Source of the DNA: a bacterium
Lineage (GTDB): Bacteria > Zhuqueibacterota > Zhuqueibacteria > Oceanimicrobiales > Oceanimicrobiaceae
DNA: 64,000 bases
Assembly: GCA_046757525.1 (NCBI GenBank)
Contig: JBHHYI010000002.1
Location: 1 to 64,000 of the forward strand
Reading direction: 5' to 3'
Part shown: positions 47,016 through 58,917 of the stretch, piece after piece
How positions within the stretch are numbered: the stretch's first letter is position 1
Layout of the letters: every line of letters starts with the position of its first letter
Notes under the pieces: generated by a model
The model's database searches: none
What the model was told of the DNA's origin: nothing
What the model saw: the letters and a program-made list of their open reading frames with translations, nothing else
Program-made: the position numbers and the translations under genes

Positions 47016-48119
47016 TTATTTGCCCTTGCCCAAGAACTGCTTAATAGAATCGTAAATGCCCTCTTTGTCGAGTATTTCAGAAAAAACGATCTTGTCTTCT
47101 TCGTGAAAGTAGTCTTCCAAGTCCTGAATGAACTGCCCGCTGCCGTAGGGACTTTCAACCTGACCGTAACAAAATAGATTCGATTTTGGAATCAAATGTG
47201 TCTCGAGTATTGCGATGCACTCGTCCGTATCGATTTCGCCCCAATTATCGCCATCGGAAAAATGGAAGAGATAGATGTTCCACTCAGATGGACTGTAAGA
47301 CTCACCGATCAGTCTGTTGGCTAACTTGTACGCAGAAGAAATAATGGTGCCGCCGCTTTCCCGAGTGTGATAGAAAGTGTCCTTGTCGACGATGCGCGCC
47401 ACCGCATCATGGATGATGTAGCGAGTCTCAATATTTTTGTACTGGTATCTCAACCAGGTGTCTATCCAAAACGCCTCAATTCGAACAATCTCTTTTTGCT
47501 CTTCACCCATGGAACCCGAAACATCCATCATGTAGATGATCACGGCGTTGCTCTCCGGCTCCTGCGTAACTTTCCAGGATCTATATCTTCGATCTTCGCG
47601 AATGGGGATGATGACGGGGTTGTCCGGGTTGTAGGTCTGCATTATGAGTTGCCGCTTCAAAGCCTGCTTGTACGTTCTCTTAAAATGCTTTAGAGAGTCA
47701 GGCCCGGTTTGACTAATACCGGTGTATTTATCCTTGTTGTCAGTGATGTTTTTCTTCCCCTTAGGCTCGACGTTGGGCAATTCCAATTCCTCGCCCAACA
47801 TTTGCGCAAGTTCATCCAGCGTAATGTCAACTTCCAGGATGTGTTCGCCAGGAGCATCCCCGGCACCTGGGCCCGGTTGCAACTCACCACGTCCCAGCGG
47901 GGTTCCGATGGCACCTTCGCCTTGACCCACGCCACCCGCCTTCTTGGTGCCGTAACGAAAATGCGGAATACGAATCTGCGGCAAAGGAATGCTGACGAAA
48001 TCTTTGCCCTTCTTTCCGATCAACTCCCCGCGTGTAATATACTTTCTGAGATCCTTTTTGACCTTACCACGGATGATTTGCCGAAAACGATTCTGATCCT
48101 TGTCAATTCGTTTAACCAT
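47016..48119 (-). CDS. DUF444 (YeaH/YhbH) vWA-like protein
   Basis: [33 protein letters not shown]. Confidence 0.95.
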   Translation of the reverse strand: MVKRIDKDQNRFRQIIRGKVKKDLRKYITRGELIGKKGKDFVSIPLPQIRIPHFRYGTKKAGGVGQGEGAIGTPLGRGELQPGPGAGDAPGEHILEVDITLDELAQMLGEELELPNVEPKGKKNITDNKDKYTGISQTGPDSLKHFKRTYKQALKRQLIMQTYNPDNPVIIPIREDRRYRSWKVTQEPESNAVIIYMMDVSGSMGEEQKEIVRIEAFWIDTWLRYQYKNIETRYIIHDAVARIVDKDTFYHTRESGGTIISSAYKLANRLIGESYSPSEWNIYLFHFSDGDNWGEIDTDECIAILETHLIPKSNLFCYGQVESPYGSGQFIQDLEDYFHEEDKIVFSEILDKEGIYDSIKQFLGKGK

Positions 48120-48135
48120 TGTTTCAGTACTTCTT

Positions 48136-50226
48136 TTATTTCAGTACTTCTTTGACATCGCCGCGCGCAAATATGCTGGCAACATAGTTCAACACATCTG
48201 TGGCACAAATGTCGCAATAACCATAATACTTGATCATGCGCGACTTGACCACGTCGATCTTTTCTTGCGTTTCCTTGTCAACCACACTGGAAATCAGTGT
48301 GGTCAGCTTAATGGAATCCTTTTGGTCTTCGAACAGTTTGAGCTCCAGCGCCTTCTGCAAGCGTTCGTTGGACCGATAGTCGAAAGACCTGCCTTCCAAG
48401 GCCAGGGCACCGATGTAATTCATGATCTCTCGGCGGAAATCGTCTTTTCGGCTTTCCGGGATGTCGATTTTTTCTTCGATGGAACGCATGAGTCTCTCGT
48501 CCGGTTCTTCGTCTGCACCGGTGTACTTGTTTCTGACTTTCTCCTTTTGGGTGTAAGCCTTAACGTGATCGATGTAGTTGCCGCAAAGCCGCTTCAGCGC
48601 TTCCTCATCTGCGGCGATCGCTCTCTGAACCTCGGACTTGACGATATCCTCAAATTCCTCTTTAACAACAGAAAGCAATTCCCTGAATCTCTTTCTCTGT
48701 TCCTCGCTCGTTATCAAAGAATGATGATAGAGGCCCTCTTCCAACTCATTCAAAACCATGAACGGATTGACACAGGCCCCACCTTCATCGCTTACCAGAG
48801 CATTGGATATCTTGTCCTGAATATATCTCGGAGAAATACCCTCCATGCCTTCACGCGCAGCCTCAAACCGCAGCTCCTTGATGTTATCTTCGGTAAATCC
48901 GGGGAGAGTTTTGCCGTCATAAAGCTTGAGTTTTTGCAACAAAGTAAGCTGAGCTTTCTTGGGTCCTTCCAATCGGGTCAAAACAGCCCAAATTGAGGCC
49001 ATTTCGATGGTATGAGGTGCAATGTGCTTACCCTTGATGCGATCCATGTTATAATCCTTTTCGTAAATCTTCACCTCATCAGAAATCTTGGTAATATACG
49101 GTATGTCAATTTTCACCGTTCGATCCCGCAAAGCTTCCATGAATTCATTGGATTGCAGCTTCCTATATTCCGGCTCATTGGTATGCCCAATGATAACCTC
49201 GTCGATATCTGTTTGCGCAAATTTTTTCGGTTTTATCTTGTGCTCTTGAGAAGCACCCAACAAATCATAAAGGAAGGCCACGTCCAATTTTAACACCTCG
49301 ATGAATTCCACCAGGCCCCGATTGGCTATGTTCAATTCGCCATCAAAATTAAACGCACGCGGATCAGAGTCCGAACCATATTCGGCTATCTTTCTGTAGT
49401 TGATGTCGCCAGTCAGTTCCGTAGAATCCTGGTTCTTCTCGTCCTTTGGTTGGAACGTTCCAATTCCAATTCGGTCTTTCTCAGATAAGATCAATCTGCG
49501 CACCTGAACATCGGCTATAATTTTAGACCAATCGCCCTGGTACTGGTGACTTTTTTCCTGGAACGTTTGACGGCAAAAGGGACACAATTCACCTTCTATG
49601 GTAATCTGGGTCTCGTCCGGATTCCCCCGGTTAAGCTCATGCATCGCCTTCGTGCGAAATTCCTCAGGAATCAAATGCAGGGGTTCTTCGTGCATGGGAC
49701 AATCGGAGTATTGGATACCATCCGGTGTTTCTAACTTCCAGGAATAGGTGTACAGCGCGCCTTCCTGCGTTTTCGAATACGCTTCAATGCCCTTTTTCAG
49801 CAATCGCACGATGGTACTCTTGGCGCTGCCTACCGGGCCATGCAAAAGAAACACGCGCTTTTCGGTACCATAACCCTTTGCCGCCGACTTGATCAAATTG
49901 ACAATTTTCATGATGGGCCGTTCTAAACCAAACACTGCGTCGCGGCCGTTGTCAATGGGATCGTCGAAGAAGTTGTATTTAATCAGCTTTTCCTTGTATT
50001 CCTGATATTCTTCAGTGCCATAGGAAAGAATCATGTCGTAGAGCCGTTGGAAAGCGGTGCGAGCCACTTTAGGATTCTTGCGAACGATTTCCAGATATTG
50101 CGGAAACGTGCCAACCCAATTCAACTCCTTGTATTTGTCAACGTCCTGCAGGCCCTGAATTAAAGAAATAATGCTCGATTCATTCGATGACTTGTCTGCT
50201 TTTTTTATGTTGTCCGTGGTGTCCAT
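48136..50226 (-). CDS. prkA: PrkA/YeaG AAA+ serine protein kinase
   Basis: [48 protein letters not shown] before ATG 50226. Confidence 0.96.
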   Translation of the reverse strand: MDTTDNIKKADKSSNESSIISLIQGLQDVDKYKELNWVGTFPQYLEIVRKNPKVARTAFQRLYDMILSYGTEEYQEYKEKLIKYNFFDDPIDNGRDAVFGLERPIMKIVNLIKSAAKGYGTEKRVFLLHGPVGSAKSTIVRLLKKGIEAYSKTQEGALYTYSWKLETPDGIQYSDCPMHEEPLHLIPEEFRTKAMHELNRGNPDETQITIEGELCPFCRQTFQEKSHQYQGDWSKIIADVQVRRLILSEKDRIGIGTFQPKDEKNQDSTELTGDINYRKIAEYGSDSDPRAFNFDGELNIANRGLVEFIEVLKLDVAFLYDLLGASQEHKIKPKKFAQTDIDEVIIGHTNEPEYRKLQSNEFMEALRDRTVKIDIPYITKISDEVKIYEKDYNMDRIKGKHIAPHTIEMASIWAVLTRLEGPKKAQLTLLQKLKLYDGKTLPGFTEDNIKELRFEAAREGMEGISPRYIQDKISNALVSDEGGACVNPFMVLNELEEGLYHHSLITSEEQRKRFRELLSVVKEEFEDIVKSEVQRAIAADEEALKRLCGNYIDHVKAYTQKEKVRNKYTGADEEPDERLMRSIEEKIDIPESRKDDFRREIMNYIGALALEGRSFDYRSNERLQKALELKLFEDQKDSIKLTTLISSVVDKETQEKIDVVKSRMIKYYGYCDICATDVLNYVASIFARGDVKEVLK

Positions 50227-50300
50227 AACGATAAACCTCCAATAGAGTAGCAAAGGAAATTAGCAGCTTTACAAACCAATCAACTGCACTTAAGTGAATA

Positions 50301-50316
50301 TACAAACACTATGCCA
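50301..50316 (-). promoter_or_regulatory. sigma54 promoter of the prkA operon
   Basis: Minus strand TGGCATAGTGTTTGTA; the E. coli yeaGH homologue is sigma54-dependent. Confidence 0.7.
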
Positions 50317-50712
50317 GACTTATTTCCTATTGCCTTGCATCTGAATTTGGGTCAATGGACCAATTATTGTGAATAAAAACTCTTCTTGCGAATACGATGT
50401 TACACATTGAGACAATCTGCTCAATACAAAAAAAGTCGAAAATAATCCATTTCGACTGTAGTTGATTCAAAGAACAAAAATTGTGTTTGTCTAAATAATC
50501 TTAATTAACCCAAATGTTCTGGCATGACACTTTCTTAATTTTAAATATAACTTGCTTAAAAGTCAAGCACATTTTGGTTAACGGGTCAAAATTTCTCATC
50601 CCCATATATTTGATTATCGAACGCTGCTCCCATTTTTATTAATCACTAACTGTAATAATTTACTAATTATTTCAGATCTGGTTCCTCGGGCCATCCCCCT
50701 TTTAGTTTTCTG

Positions 50713-50741
50713 TTGACAATATGGTTGAGTTTTTGTAAACT
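50713..50741 (+). promoter_or_regulatory. sigma70-type promoter
   Basis: TTGACA-N17-TAAACT. Confidence 0.7.
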
Positions 50742-50816
50742 TAAATGTCTTCAAATCAACCATCCGTGATCGTCATCAATGCTGAAAATTTCCACAAACG
50801 TACGAAGCATAAGGAT

Positions 50817-52358
50817 ATGTTTGCAAAAGTCTTAAGTGCTGCCGTTTTGGGAATCGATGCCTACATCGTTGAAGTGGAAGCTCATCTCGAAGGGCAGTTA
50901 CCGACTTTTGCCACGGTAGGCTTGCCGGAAGGCGCGGTCCGGGAATCCAAGGAAAGAGTCAACGCGGCCATCAAAAACTCTGGTTTCAAATTTCCCCAAA
51001 AAAGAGTCACCATCAATTTAGCGCCGGCCGACATAAAAAAAGAGGGTTCGGCTTTTGATCTCCCGATGGCCATTGGGATCCTGGCGGCCATGGGCCAGGT
51101 TTCAGAGGACCTGCTCCAGGACTATATCCTCCTGGGCGAACTTTCTCTCGACGGTAGCTTGCGGCCCATCCGCGGAACCCTTCCAATTGCCATGGCGGTC
51201 AAAAGCGCTGGAAAATCCGGCATCATCGTTCCACGGGAAAATGCCAAGGAAGCGGCTATCTCGGAAAACATTCAGGTCTTTCCAATGTCGCATCTGAATG
51301 AAACCGTGGAATTCTTGAATAATTCCGGGCAGAGGCAGCCGTTTGAAATCAACATCCAGGAAGTCTTCTCCCAAAGTCGGAATTACAATATTGATTTCAG
51401 GGATGTCAAGGGTCAAGAACACGTGAAACGGGCTTTGGAAGTGGCGGCCGCCGGCGGCCACAACATCATCATGATTGGGCCGCCCGGTTCAGGAAAGACC
51501 ATGTTAGCCAAAAGGTTCCCCACCATATTGCCCGATTTAACTCTGGACGAAGCGTTGGAAACGACCAAGATTCACTCGGTGGTTGGACTGTTACCAGCCG
51601 ACACCGCCCTGATCGCCACGCGACCTTTTCGCGCGCCGCATCATACCATTAGTGACGCTGGTTTGATTGGCGGCGGTCACATCCCGCGTCCGGGTGAAGT
51701 CAGTCTGGCTAACCACGGCGTGTTATTTCTGGACGAACTGCCAGAATTCAAAAAGAATGTGCTTGAAGTTCTCAGGCAACCCATCGAGGACGGCAAGGTT
51801 ACCATTTCCAGAGCCATGCTTTCTCTCACCTACCCCGCAGAATTCATGCTGGCCGCGGCCATGAATCCCTGTCCGTGCGGCTATTACACCGATCCCAACA
51901 ATGAATGCACCTGCACGCCGCCACAAATTCAGAAATATCTCTCCAAAGTGTCCGGGCCACTGTTGGATCGCATTGACATCCACATCGAAGTTCCGGCCGT
52001 CCGGTTCAAAGAGCTTGCCAGCGAATCCACCGGTGAAACCTCTGAATGCATTCGCCGCCGCGTGGACAAAGCCAGAAGCATTCAATGCAACCGCTTCAAG
52101 GATTATAAGCACTTGTTTTCCAATGCCCGCATGGAAGCTAAAGAGATTCGCAGATTCTGCCAAATCGATTCAAAAGGTCGGGAATTGCTCAACATGGCCA
52201 TCACCAAATTAGGCCTCTCAGCCCGGGCTTACGATAGAATTCTGAAGGTGTCACGGACCATAGCCGACCTGGAAGGTTCTGAAAAAATAGAACCAGCCTT
52301 CATTAGCGAAGCGATTCAGTACCGAAGCTTAGATAGGAATTTAGGGGCGGGTTATTAG
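50817..52358 (+). CDS. comM: YifB/ComM Mg-chelatase-like AAA+ ATPase
   Basis: [56 protein letters not shown] before ATG 50817. Confidence 0.93.
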   Translation: MFAKVLSAAVLGIDAYIVEVEAHLEGQLPTFATVGLPEGAVRESKERVNAAIKNSGFKFPQKRVTINLAPADIKKEGSAFDLPMAIGILAAMGQVSEDLLQDYILLGELSLDGSLRPIRGTLPIAMAVKSAGKSGIIVPRENAKEAAISENIQVFPMSHLNETVEFLNNSGQRQPFEINIQEVFSQSRNYNIDFRDVKGQEHVKRALEVAAAGGHNIIMIGPPGSGKTMLAKRFPTILPDLTLDEALETTKIHSVVGLLPADTALIATRPFRAPHHTISDAGLIGGGHIPRPGEVSLANHGVLFLDELPEFKKNVLEVLRQPIEDGKVTISRAMLSLTYPAEFMLAAAMNPCPCGYYTDPNNECTCTPPQIQKYLSKVSGPLLDRIDIHIEVPAVRFKELASESTGETSECIRRRVDKARSIQCNRFKDYKHLFSNARMEAKEIRRFCQIDSKGRELLNMAITKLGLSARAYDRILKVSRTIADLEGSEKIEPAFISEAIQYRSLDRNLGAGY

Positions 52359-52831
52359 AGACGGCGCCGTTCAAGTTCTGCAAAAAACGGCTTTCCGGCT
52401 ACTTTCTCCATAAACAAAAAATCCCTGCTCTTCAATGCAGCGATATCGAAAGAACTTCTTTCGACACGGTGGGCACCGCCTGTACGTTTTTTGCGTCCAC
52501 TAACTTCAAAAAGTTGAAGTTGAGGCATGCAATACACGCCCAGAGCAAAGCTCCCATTTTAAAGGTATTAGCTCTTTGATTAAAAGGCCACACCGAAGTA
52601 TGCAGGGATTTTCTCTGATGATATTTTAGTAAAATTCCCTCTAAATGTCAAGCACTAATTGCGGCCATCCGTTATTTTTTTGATTCCTCTGTCCACAAGT
52701 CATTGATTGCACAGAAATTACCTACTTTTGACAAAATATCCCACGCAACTATCCGACTGAAAAAAGAGTTGCTTTTATTTTTGTAATTCTTTAAGTTAAT
52801 TTAAGGTCAACAACTATTATAAAACAACATT

Positions 52832-54040
52832 ATGGCAACAAACAGCTCGATGGACGCCCCGTTAAAAGCAGTCTCAACGGCCATTCTCTTGTTCCTCTTG
52901 TGTGCGATGAAGCCTTACTCCTACGCCGAGAAAAACCGTCGACCACGCGCACGGGACATCGGCATAGAGGTCGGCATTCTGAAGCCCGGCAAGTGGAACA
53001 CAATAACCGACGTTGCCGGCGTCAAAGTCGGCCAGGTGACTTTGGTGAAAGGGGACGCCGTCCGCACCGGTGTTACGGCAATAATACCGCGCCAGGGCAA
53101 CTTGTTCCGAAACAAGGTGCCAGCCGCTATTTTTGTGGGAAACGGTTTCGGCAAGTTGGCTGGCTTCACACAAGTCAACGAATTAGGTAACATAGAAACG
53201 CCGATTTTGTTGACCAATACCCTGAATGTGCCAAAAGTCGCCGATGCCGTCATCGACTATATGCTCAAGATCCAAGGCAATGAGAATGTCCGCTCGGTCA
53301 ACCCGGTCGTGGGGGAAACCAACGACGGCTGGTTAAACGATATCCGAGGGAGACATGTGTCCAGAGAAGACGTGTTCGAGGCCATCGAGAACGCCAAATC
53401 GGGAGCCGTAGAAGAAGGCTCTGTGGGCGCCGGAACCGGTACCATGTGTTTGGGCTTCAAGGGCGGAATTGGCACTTCTTCGAGAGTCCTGCCGGGCGAA
53501 TTCGGCGGATTCACCATCGGTGTGCTGGTACAAACCAATTTTGGCGGCATTTTGGAGATCAACGGAGCGCCGGTCGGTCGCGAACTCGGCAACTACTATC
53601 TGGCCAGGAAGATGGACTCCAGACCAGGCGACGGCTCCTGCATGATCGTGGTCGCGACTGACGCCCCGCTCGGTTCGAGAAATCTAAAACGTTTGGCAAA
53701 ACGAAGCTATCTTGGACTGGCCAGGACCGGCTTCTTTTCTGCCAACGGCAGCGGTGATTATGTGATTGCGTTTTCAACCAATCAAATCGAACAGCAAGAG
53801 AATGCTCAAACGAAACAAGTGGAATTGCTCCGCAATGAGCACCTATCGCCGCTGTTCCTGGCCGTTGTCGAAGCCACTCAGGAGGCCGTCTACAATTCGC
53901 TCCTGCGCGCCACAACCGTTCGCGGCAGAGAAGGCCATGTGGGTACGGCCATACCCATTGACCGGGTGGTGGAAATCTGCAAGAAGTACAATGTGCTGAA
54001 TTGGCATGCGTCCTTGCCACCTTACGGAACAACGAACTGA
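52832..54040 (+). CDS. P1-family aminopeptidase (DmpA-like)
   Basis: ITDVAGVKVG, GNGFGK, ETNDG, EGSVGAGTG, G|SCMIVVATDAPL, GSGD. Confidence 0.93.
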   Translation: MATNSSMDAPLKAVSTAILLFLLCAMKPYSYAEKNRRPRARDIGIEVGILKPGKWNTITDVAGVKVGQVTLVKGDAVRTGVTAIIPRQGNLFRNKVPAAIFVGNGFGKLAGFTQVNELGNIETPILLTNTLNVPKVADAVIDYMLKIQGNENVRSVNPVVGETNDGWLNDIRGRHVSREDVFEAIENAKSGAVEEGSVGAGTGTMCLGFKGGIGTSSRVLPGEFGGFTIGVLVQTNFGGILEINGAPVGRELGNYYLARKMDSRPGDGSCMIVVATDAPLGSRNLKRLAKRSYLGLARTGFFSANGSGDYVIAFSTNQIEQQENAQTKQVELLRNEHLSPLFLAVVEATQEAVYNSLLRATTVRGREGHVGTAIPIDRVVEICKKYNVLNWHASLPPYGTTN

Positions 54041-54042
54041 TC

Positions 54043-54267
54043 ATGACGAACTTTGACGGCATTGGCAAATTCTTGATCTATGCAGGATTGTTCCTTTTAT
54101 TCCTGGGCGTCCTGTTAACTTTTGCCCGGCACATCCCTTTTTTAGGCAAACTGCCGGGAGACATTCTGATTCAGAAAAAGAACTTCACCTTGTATTTTCC
54201 CATAACGACCTCTATTTTGATTAGCATCGTGCTGTCAATTTTGTTGTTTTTGTTGAGCAAGAAATAA
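54043..54267 (+). CDS. DUF2905 family membrane protein
   Basis: LGKLPGDI..YFPITTSILIS. Confidence 0.9.
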   Translation: MTNFDGIGKFLIYAGLFLLFLGVLLTFARHIPFLGKLPGDILIQKKNFTLYFPITTSILISIVLSILLFLLSKK

Positions 54268-54273
54268 GACGCT

Positions 54274-55626
54274 TTGGAAATGCTTGCAATAACTAACAGA
54301 CACATCGGCTGGACCTGGGTTTCGCTTCTCATGGGGGTGACGGCAATCTCATGCGTTTCTACCAATGAGGCCCGGGCACAAAATACACTGGAAGGGACAG
54401 TGTATGTTCTGACCGTGGATGGGGTGATAAACCCGGTTTCTGCCGAGTTCATTACCAAATCGATTGACAAAGCCACAGATACCGGTGCCATTTGTGTCAT
54501 CATAAAACTGGACACACCAGGCGGACTCATGGAATCCACGCGTCAAATTACCAAGAAAATCCTGGCTTCAAGAATCCCTGTCGTCATTTACGTTGCGCCA
54601 TCTGGTGCCAGGGCGGCCTCTGCTGGAGTCTTTATTTCCTATTCAGCCAACCTGGTCGCAATGGCGCCGAGCACAAACATTGGAGCGGCGCACCCGGTAA
54701 GCATTACCGGCGGCGCAGACACTTCCTCGGTAATGAACGACAAAGTGACCAATGATGCCGTGGCCCAGATCAAAGCGTTGGCTGAGAAACGCGGCCGCAA
54801 TATCGAGTGGGCGGAGAAGGCGGTGCGAGAAAGTGTTTCCATTACCGAATCGGAGGCGCTCGACCAGCATGTGATCAACTTCATCTCGCCTTCTGTGGAC
54901 AGCCTGCTCAAACAAATGGATGGTCTGGAAGTGCAAGTTGCCAGCGGTAAATACGTTCTGCATACCCGCAACGCTCGCAAAGAATTCCACGAAATGAACT
55001 TCCGGTACAGAATCCTCGACAAGATCTCGAGTCCGAATGTTGCTTACATTCTGATGATGCTCGGCATTTGGGGGCTGTTCTTCGAGCTGTCCAATCCGGG
55101 CGCCATATTTCCGGGTGTGGTTGGCGCCATCTTTCTCATCTTGGGCTTTTACGCGCTGCAAACCCTTCCGGTCAATTATGCAGGCCTGCTTTTGGTCGTG
55201 CTCGCCTTAGTTCTGTTTATCCTGGAGGTCAAGATTACCAGCTACGGTCTTTTAACCATTGGAGGAGTCATTTCCATGCTCTTAGGGTCTCTCATGCTCA
55301 TCGATCGTCCCCCAAAGGAATTTGGCCCCGCGTTTTCCATTTCCATTAGTCTGATTATTACGTTCGTGGTTCTCACAGCCACGTTTTTTCTCGTTGCTTT
55401 GAGCCTGGCGTTCAAAACCTATCGCACCAAGGTCACCACAGGCAAAGAGGGAATCATCGGTGAACAAGGGGTTGCGCAGACCAGAATTGCCCCGGAGGGA
55501 AACGTGTGCATTCATGGGGAGATCTGGAAGGCCGTAAGCGACGGCGCCATCAAGAAGGGCGAAAAAGTGCGTGTTGTTGCGGTGAACGGGCTAAAGCTTA
55601 CTGTGGAGAAAGTTACACGAAGTTAG
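54274..55626 (+). CDS. nfeD: Long NfeD (ClpP-like serine protease domain + TMs + OB fold)
   Basis: LDTPGG, AASAG, TNIGAAHP, HGEIWKA. Confidence 0.95.
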   Translation: MEMLAITNRHIGWTWVSLLMGVTAISCVSTNEARAQNTLEGTVYVLTVDGVINPVSAEFITKSIDKATDTGAICVIIKLDTPGGLMESTRQITKKILASRIPVVIYVAPSGARAASAGVFISYSANLVAMAPSTNIGAAHPVSITGGADTSSVMNDKVTNDAVAQIKALAEKRGRNIEWAEKAVRESVSITESEALDQHVINFISPSVDSLLKQMDGLEVQVASGKYVLHTRNARKEFHEMNFRYRILDKISSPNVAYILMMLGIWGLFFELSNPGAIFPGVVGAIFLILGFYALQTLPVNYAGLLLVVLALVLFILEVKITSYGLLTIGGVISMLLGSLMLIDRPPKEFGPAFSISISLIITFVVLTATFFLVALSLAFKTYRTKVTTGKEGIIGEQGVAQTRIAPEGNVCIHGEIWKAVSDGAIKKGEKVRVVAVNGLKLTVEKVTRS

Positions 55627-55729
55627 TTCAGACTTCCATTATTGAGTGAAGGTTCTTAGCTAAGAGCAAGCGTTGTTGCAAACCATTCTTTGCTGAGAAG
55701 CGTCACAGACTATTTAAGGAGGGAATCCC

Positions 55730-56473
55730 ATGCCATTTATGACAGTTGTAATTGCTTTCGTGGCCATGCTGTTGGCCAGCGCGATAAGAATTCTGCGCGA
55801 ATACGAACGAGGAGTGGTTTTTCGCCTGGGGCGTCTGGTTGGGTCTAAGGGACCGGGCCTCATCCTCCTGATTCCACTTGTTGACCGCATGGTAAAAGTG
55901 GACCTGCGCACGGTCGCCATGGACATCCCACCCCAGGATGTCATCACCAGAGACAACGTTTCCGTCAAAGTCAATGCGGTGTTGTACTTCAGGGTCATGG
56001 ACCCGTCCAAGGCCATTACCGAAGTGGAGGACTTCTTATTTGCAACCTCGCAACTGTCCCAGACGACCCTTAGAAGCGTTTTGGGCGGTGCGGAATTGGA
56101 TGAAATGCTTGCGGAAAGAGAAAAAATCAACGCCAGTCTACAGGAAATCATCGACAGTCACAGCGACCCCTGGGGCATCAAGGTCTCCCTGGTGGAAATC
56201 AAGCATGTGGACTTACCCCAGGAAATGCAACGCGCTATTGCCAGACAGGCAGAAGCCGAACGAGAGCGCCGCGCGAAGATCATTCACGCCGAAGGGGAAT
56301 TTCAAGCTTCGCAAAAATTGAGAGATGCTGCTGTAGTGATTAGCGAATATCCCCAGGCGCTGCAACTGCGTTTCTTGCAGACGCTCACCGAGGTGGCAGC
56401 CGAGAACAACTCAACTCTGGTATTTCCGCTGCCCATCGATCTGTTCCGGCATTTTTTCAAAGCAGACGATTAA
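55730..56473 (+). CDS. Stomatin/SPFH (slipin) protein
   Basis: [40 protein letters not shown]. Confidence 0.96.
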   Translation: MPFMTVVIAFVAMLLASAIRILREYERGVVFRLGRLVGSKGPGLILLIPLVDRMVKVDLRTVAMDIPPQDVITRDNVSVKVNAVLYFRVMDPSKAITEVEDFLFATSQLSQTTLRSVLGGAELDEMLAEREKINASLQEIIDSHSDPWGIKVSLVEIKHVDLPQEMQRAIARQAEAERERRAKIIHAEGEFQASQKLRDAAVVISEYPQALQLRFLQTLTEVAAENNSTLVFPLPIDLFRHFFKADD

Positions 56474-56512
56474 GCTCGCCTATCCAACAAAAAACGAACT
56501 GGGGAAACCTCT

Positions 56513-57124
56513 ATGAGATCACTATGGGGTGTTTTTCGTGGAAAATTAATAATCCCATTCTTGTTGTTTTGTGTCGTTACTGGTTGCGCCAGGAGTACCA
56601 GGAAAGATGTCCTGGTAACCAGTGAAGATTGGAGCAGTCATGCCGACTATGCCTTGTCCCTGTCGCAAGCCATCCTCAAGGGAATGCGGCAATTAGAAGA
56701 AGACCTGTTGATTTCAGAGTTAGGTTTCGAAGGTATCGACTTAACCATAAAATCCACGGACCATCTCATACTGCGGGCCAAAGTCACTGACTTCAAGCTG
56801 CAAGAACAGCCCCAGGAAAATATCTTCACCACGTGGAAGATTTATCTAATCTCGAACCACCTCATGGATTATGTCAATGCCGTGTCTTTTGATTCCGCCA
56901 CCAATAATCATGCAGCCACCACTGGCGACTCCAAATCAGCAAACGCTGCCTACGACTCCCTGACAATCAACATCTATTCGCCGTCGTCCAGGCTGCACTT
57001 AGAAAATGGCCACACCCCTTCCGCCATTGAGGTCATCTATTGGCGTGATTTCTCGAAAAAGGACAGACTGGCGACTTTACGGATGCGCAAAAATGCCTAT
57101 GATCGTTTCGTCATTGATCGATAA
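56513..57124 (+). CDS. Hypothetical lipoprotein
   Basis: VVTG-C lipobox; co-oriented in the gene run. Confidence 0.7.
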   Translation: MRSLWGVFRGKLIIPFLLFCVVTGCARSTRKDVLVTSEDWSSHADYALSLSQAILKGMRQLEEDLLISELGFEGIDLTIKSTDHLILRAKVTDFKLQEQPQENIFTTWKIYLISNHLMDYVNAVSFDSATNNHAATTGDSKSANAAYDSLTINIYSPSSRLHLENGHTPSAIEVIYWRDFSKKDRLATLRMRKNAYDRFVIDR

Positions 57125-57127
57125 ACC

Positions 57128-58363
57128 GTGCAGTTAAGAGATAAGCTCAGGCAGCTTGAAAAACTGCCTTACCCGAAACACACGGACACCCGGGAAACCA
57201 GGAGTCAGGATCGCTCAAATATCGGTGAAGTGGTCGAAGGTGAATTCCGACAGTCACACTTCGGAACCTACTTCGTAAGAGAAAAAACCTTTCCGCTGGA
57301 ACATTGCCAGGGCACGGTCCAATTGTCTTCTTTCTTGGACTACCCCTCCGGATTGTTCACTCTACTCGCGAAAAATATGCAGCTTGCCGACATCGACCCC
57401 AAACGAGCGCTTTTTATCGACACCGAAACTACCGGACTTTCTGGCGGCACCGGTACCCTGGCCTTTCTAATAGGCATAGGCTATTTTAGCACGGACGGCT
57501 TCCGACTCTTGCAGTTCTTTGTCCACGACTTGAACGCTGAAAAAGCTATCTTGCACCGAATCAATGAAATCGTAGCGGCTTGTGACTTGGCTGTCAGCTA
57601 CAATGGCAAATGTTTCGACTTCCCCCTGCTCATTGCAAGAAACATCTTGTACCGCCTGTCCACACCTTTGACCAAGGTGCAACATCTCGATCTCCTATTC
57701 ACGGTCAGAAGGCTGTGGCGGCACAGGCTGCCCGATTGCACTCTGAATACAGCACAAAAGCATCTCTTAAAAGCACCCCGAATCGGCGACGTGCTGGGAT
57801 ATGCCATTCCAGAGCTCTATTTCAGATATTTCAGGACTAAAGACGCACGGCCGCTGCAAGCGGTATTTTACCACAACGAACAGGACATTCTTACCCTCGC
57901 AGCCCTTGGAACGAAGGCCTGCCAATTGTTCGAATCGCCTCTGGAGGAAAGCCAGAACGGCCAGGACATCTTAGCTTTAGGGAAGGTGTATGAGAACCTC
58001 GCTCTGCACGAGCGCTCCATTGAATTGTACCGTCAGTATCTGAACACGCCCGGCAGGCTTGACCAGAGGCGGGATTTACTCCTGCGACTGGCTTTAAACC
58101 ATAAAAAACTGAATCAGTACCAGCAGGCGCAACATGCTTGGCAGACTTGCATCGATAGCGAACACTTTCATCCCCAGCCCTACATCGAGCTGGCCAAAAT
58201 CTTTGAACATCAAGAAAAGGATTACAAGAAAGCCCTGTCCTACGTAGACAGGGCCTTGAAAGAGATGGCTTCGATCGAAGCGCTAAGGGAGCGCCAAAGC
58301 TGGGTAGACTACAAAAATGACTTGATTCACCGACGCCGACGACTCAAGCGCCAAACAGATTAA
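57128..58363 (+). CDS. YprB-like RNase H-fold exonuclease with TPRs
   Basis: FIDTETTGL.GG.GT, SYNGKCFD, HLDLL, HNEQD; C-terminal TPR-like helices. Confidence 0.9.
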   Translation: MQLRDKLRQLEKLPYPKHTDTRETRSQDRSNIGEVVEGEFRQSHFGTYFVREKTFPLEHCQGTVQLSSFLDYPSGLFTLLAKNMQLADIDPKRALFIDTETTGLSGGTGTLAFLIGIGYFSTDGFRLLQFFVHDLNAEKAILHRINEIVAACDLAVSYNGKCFDFPLLIARNILYRLSTPLTKVQHLDLLFTVRRLWRHRLPDCTLNTAQKHLLKAPRIGDVLGYAIPELYFRYFRTKDARPLQAVFYHNEQDILTLAALGTKACQLFESPLEESQNGQDILALGKVYENLALHERSIELYRQYLNTPGRLDQRRDLLLRLALNHKKLNQYQQAQHAWQTCIDSEHFHPQPYIELAKIFEHQEKDYKKALSYVDRALKEMASIEALRERQSWVDYKNDLIHRRRRLKRQTD

Positions 58364-58905
58364 TCCTCGCGTCTAAAAATGTGGTAGCCCAACTTGCTTT
58401 GCACAATCTCGCTAATTTCACCGGGCTTTAACTTGAGTATGACGTTCTCAAATTCGGGCTGGAAATCACCTTTCTTAAAATACCCCAGGTCGCCACCTCT
58501 GGACGCAGCCGGACCCACCGAGTACTTTTTGGCTAATGTGCCGAAATCAGCACCGGCTTTGAGTTGACGCAAGATATCCTCGGCTTTGGCACGATCCTTC
58601 ACAATGATTTGCAAGGCTCTATACCCCTGGCCACTGAGGGCAAACCGGCTGTCGGTGACGGATTTCTTCCAAATCCAACCCTCCAGGCGCACCTTAACCC
58701 AGTCCGGGGTATCCTCCAGAACCACCATAGAAGTGCCTTTGTGCAGGCTGCCCAATTTGTCCCCGCCGGGTGCAGCTCTTAAGTTTTCAGTGGGCACTTT
58801 GACATAGAGAGTCCTGCCGCGAGGGTACTCAATGAAAGCATAAGCCAAGTACGTACTCAGGATCAAGGCCAAAACCGTCATGGCCAAAACCATTTTTTTC
58901 TTCAT
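58360..58905 (-). CDS. SH3b domain + parvulin peptidyl-prolyl isomerase
   Basis: NLR..PG..WVKV..EGWI; F..LAKKYS..GGDLG.F..GYHIF. Confidence 0.9.
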   Translation of the reverse strand: MKKKMVLAMTVLALILSTYLAYAFIEYPRGRTLYVKVPTENLRAAPGGDKLGSLHKGTSMVVLEDTPDWVKVRLEGWIWKKSVTDSRFALSGQGYRALQIIVKDRAKAEDILRQLKAGADFGTLAKKYSVGPAASRGGDLGYFKKGDFQPEFENVILKLKPGEISEIVQSKLGYHIFRRED

Positions 58906-58917
58906 TCCTCCATCTCC

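Noticed and set aside
50520..50535. TGGCATGACACTTTCT as a plus-strand sigma54 promoter
   Set aside because: No -12 TTG; a good sigma70 promoter at 50713 explains the downstream gene
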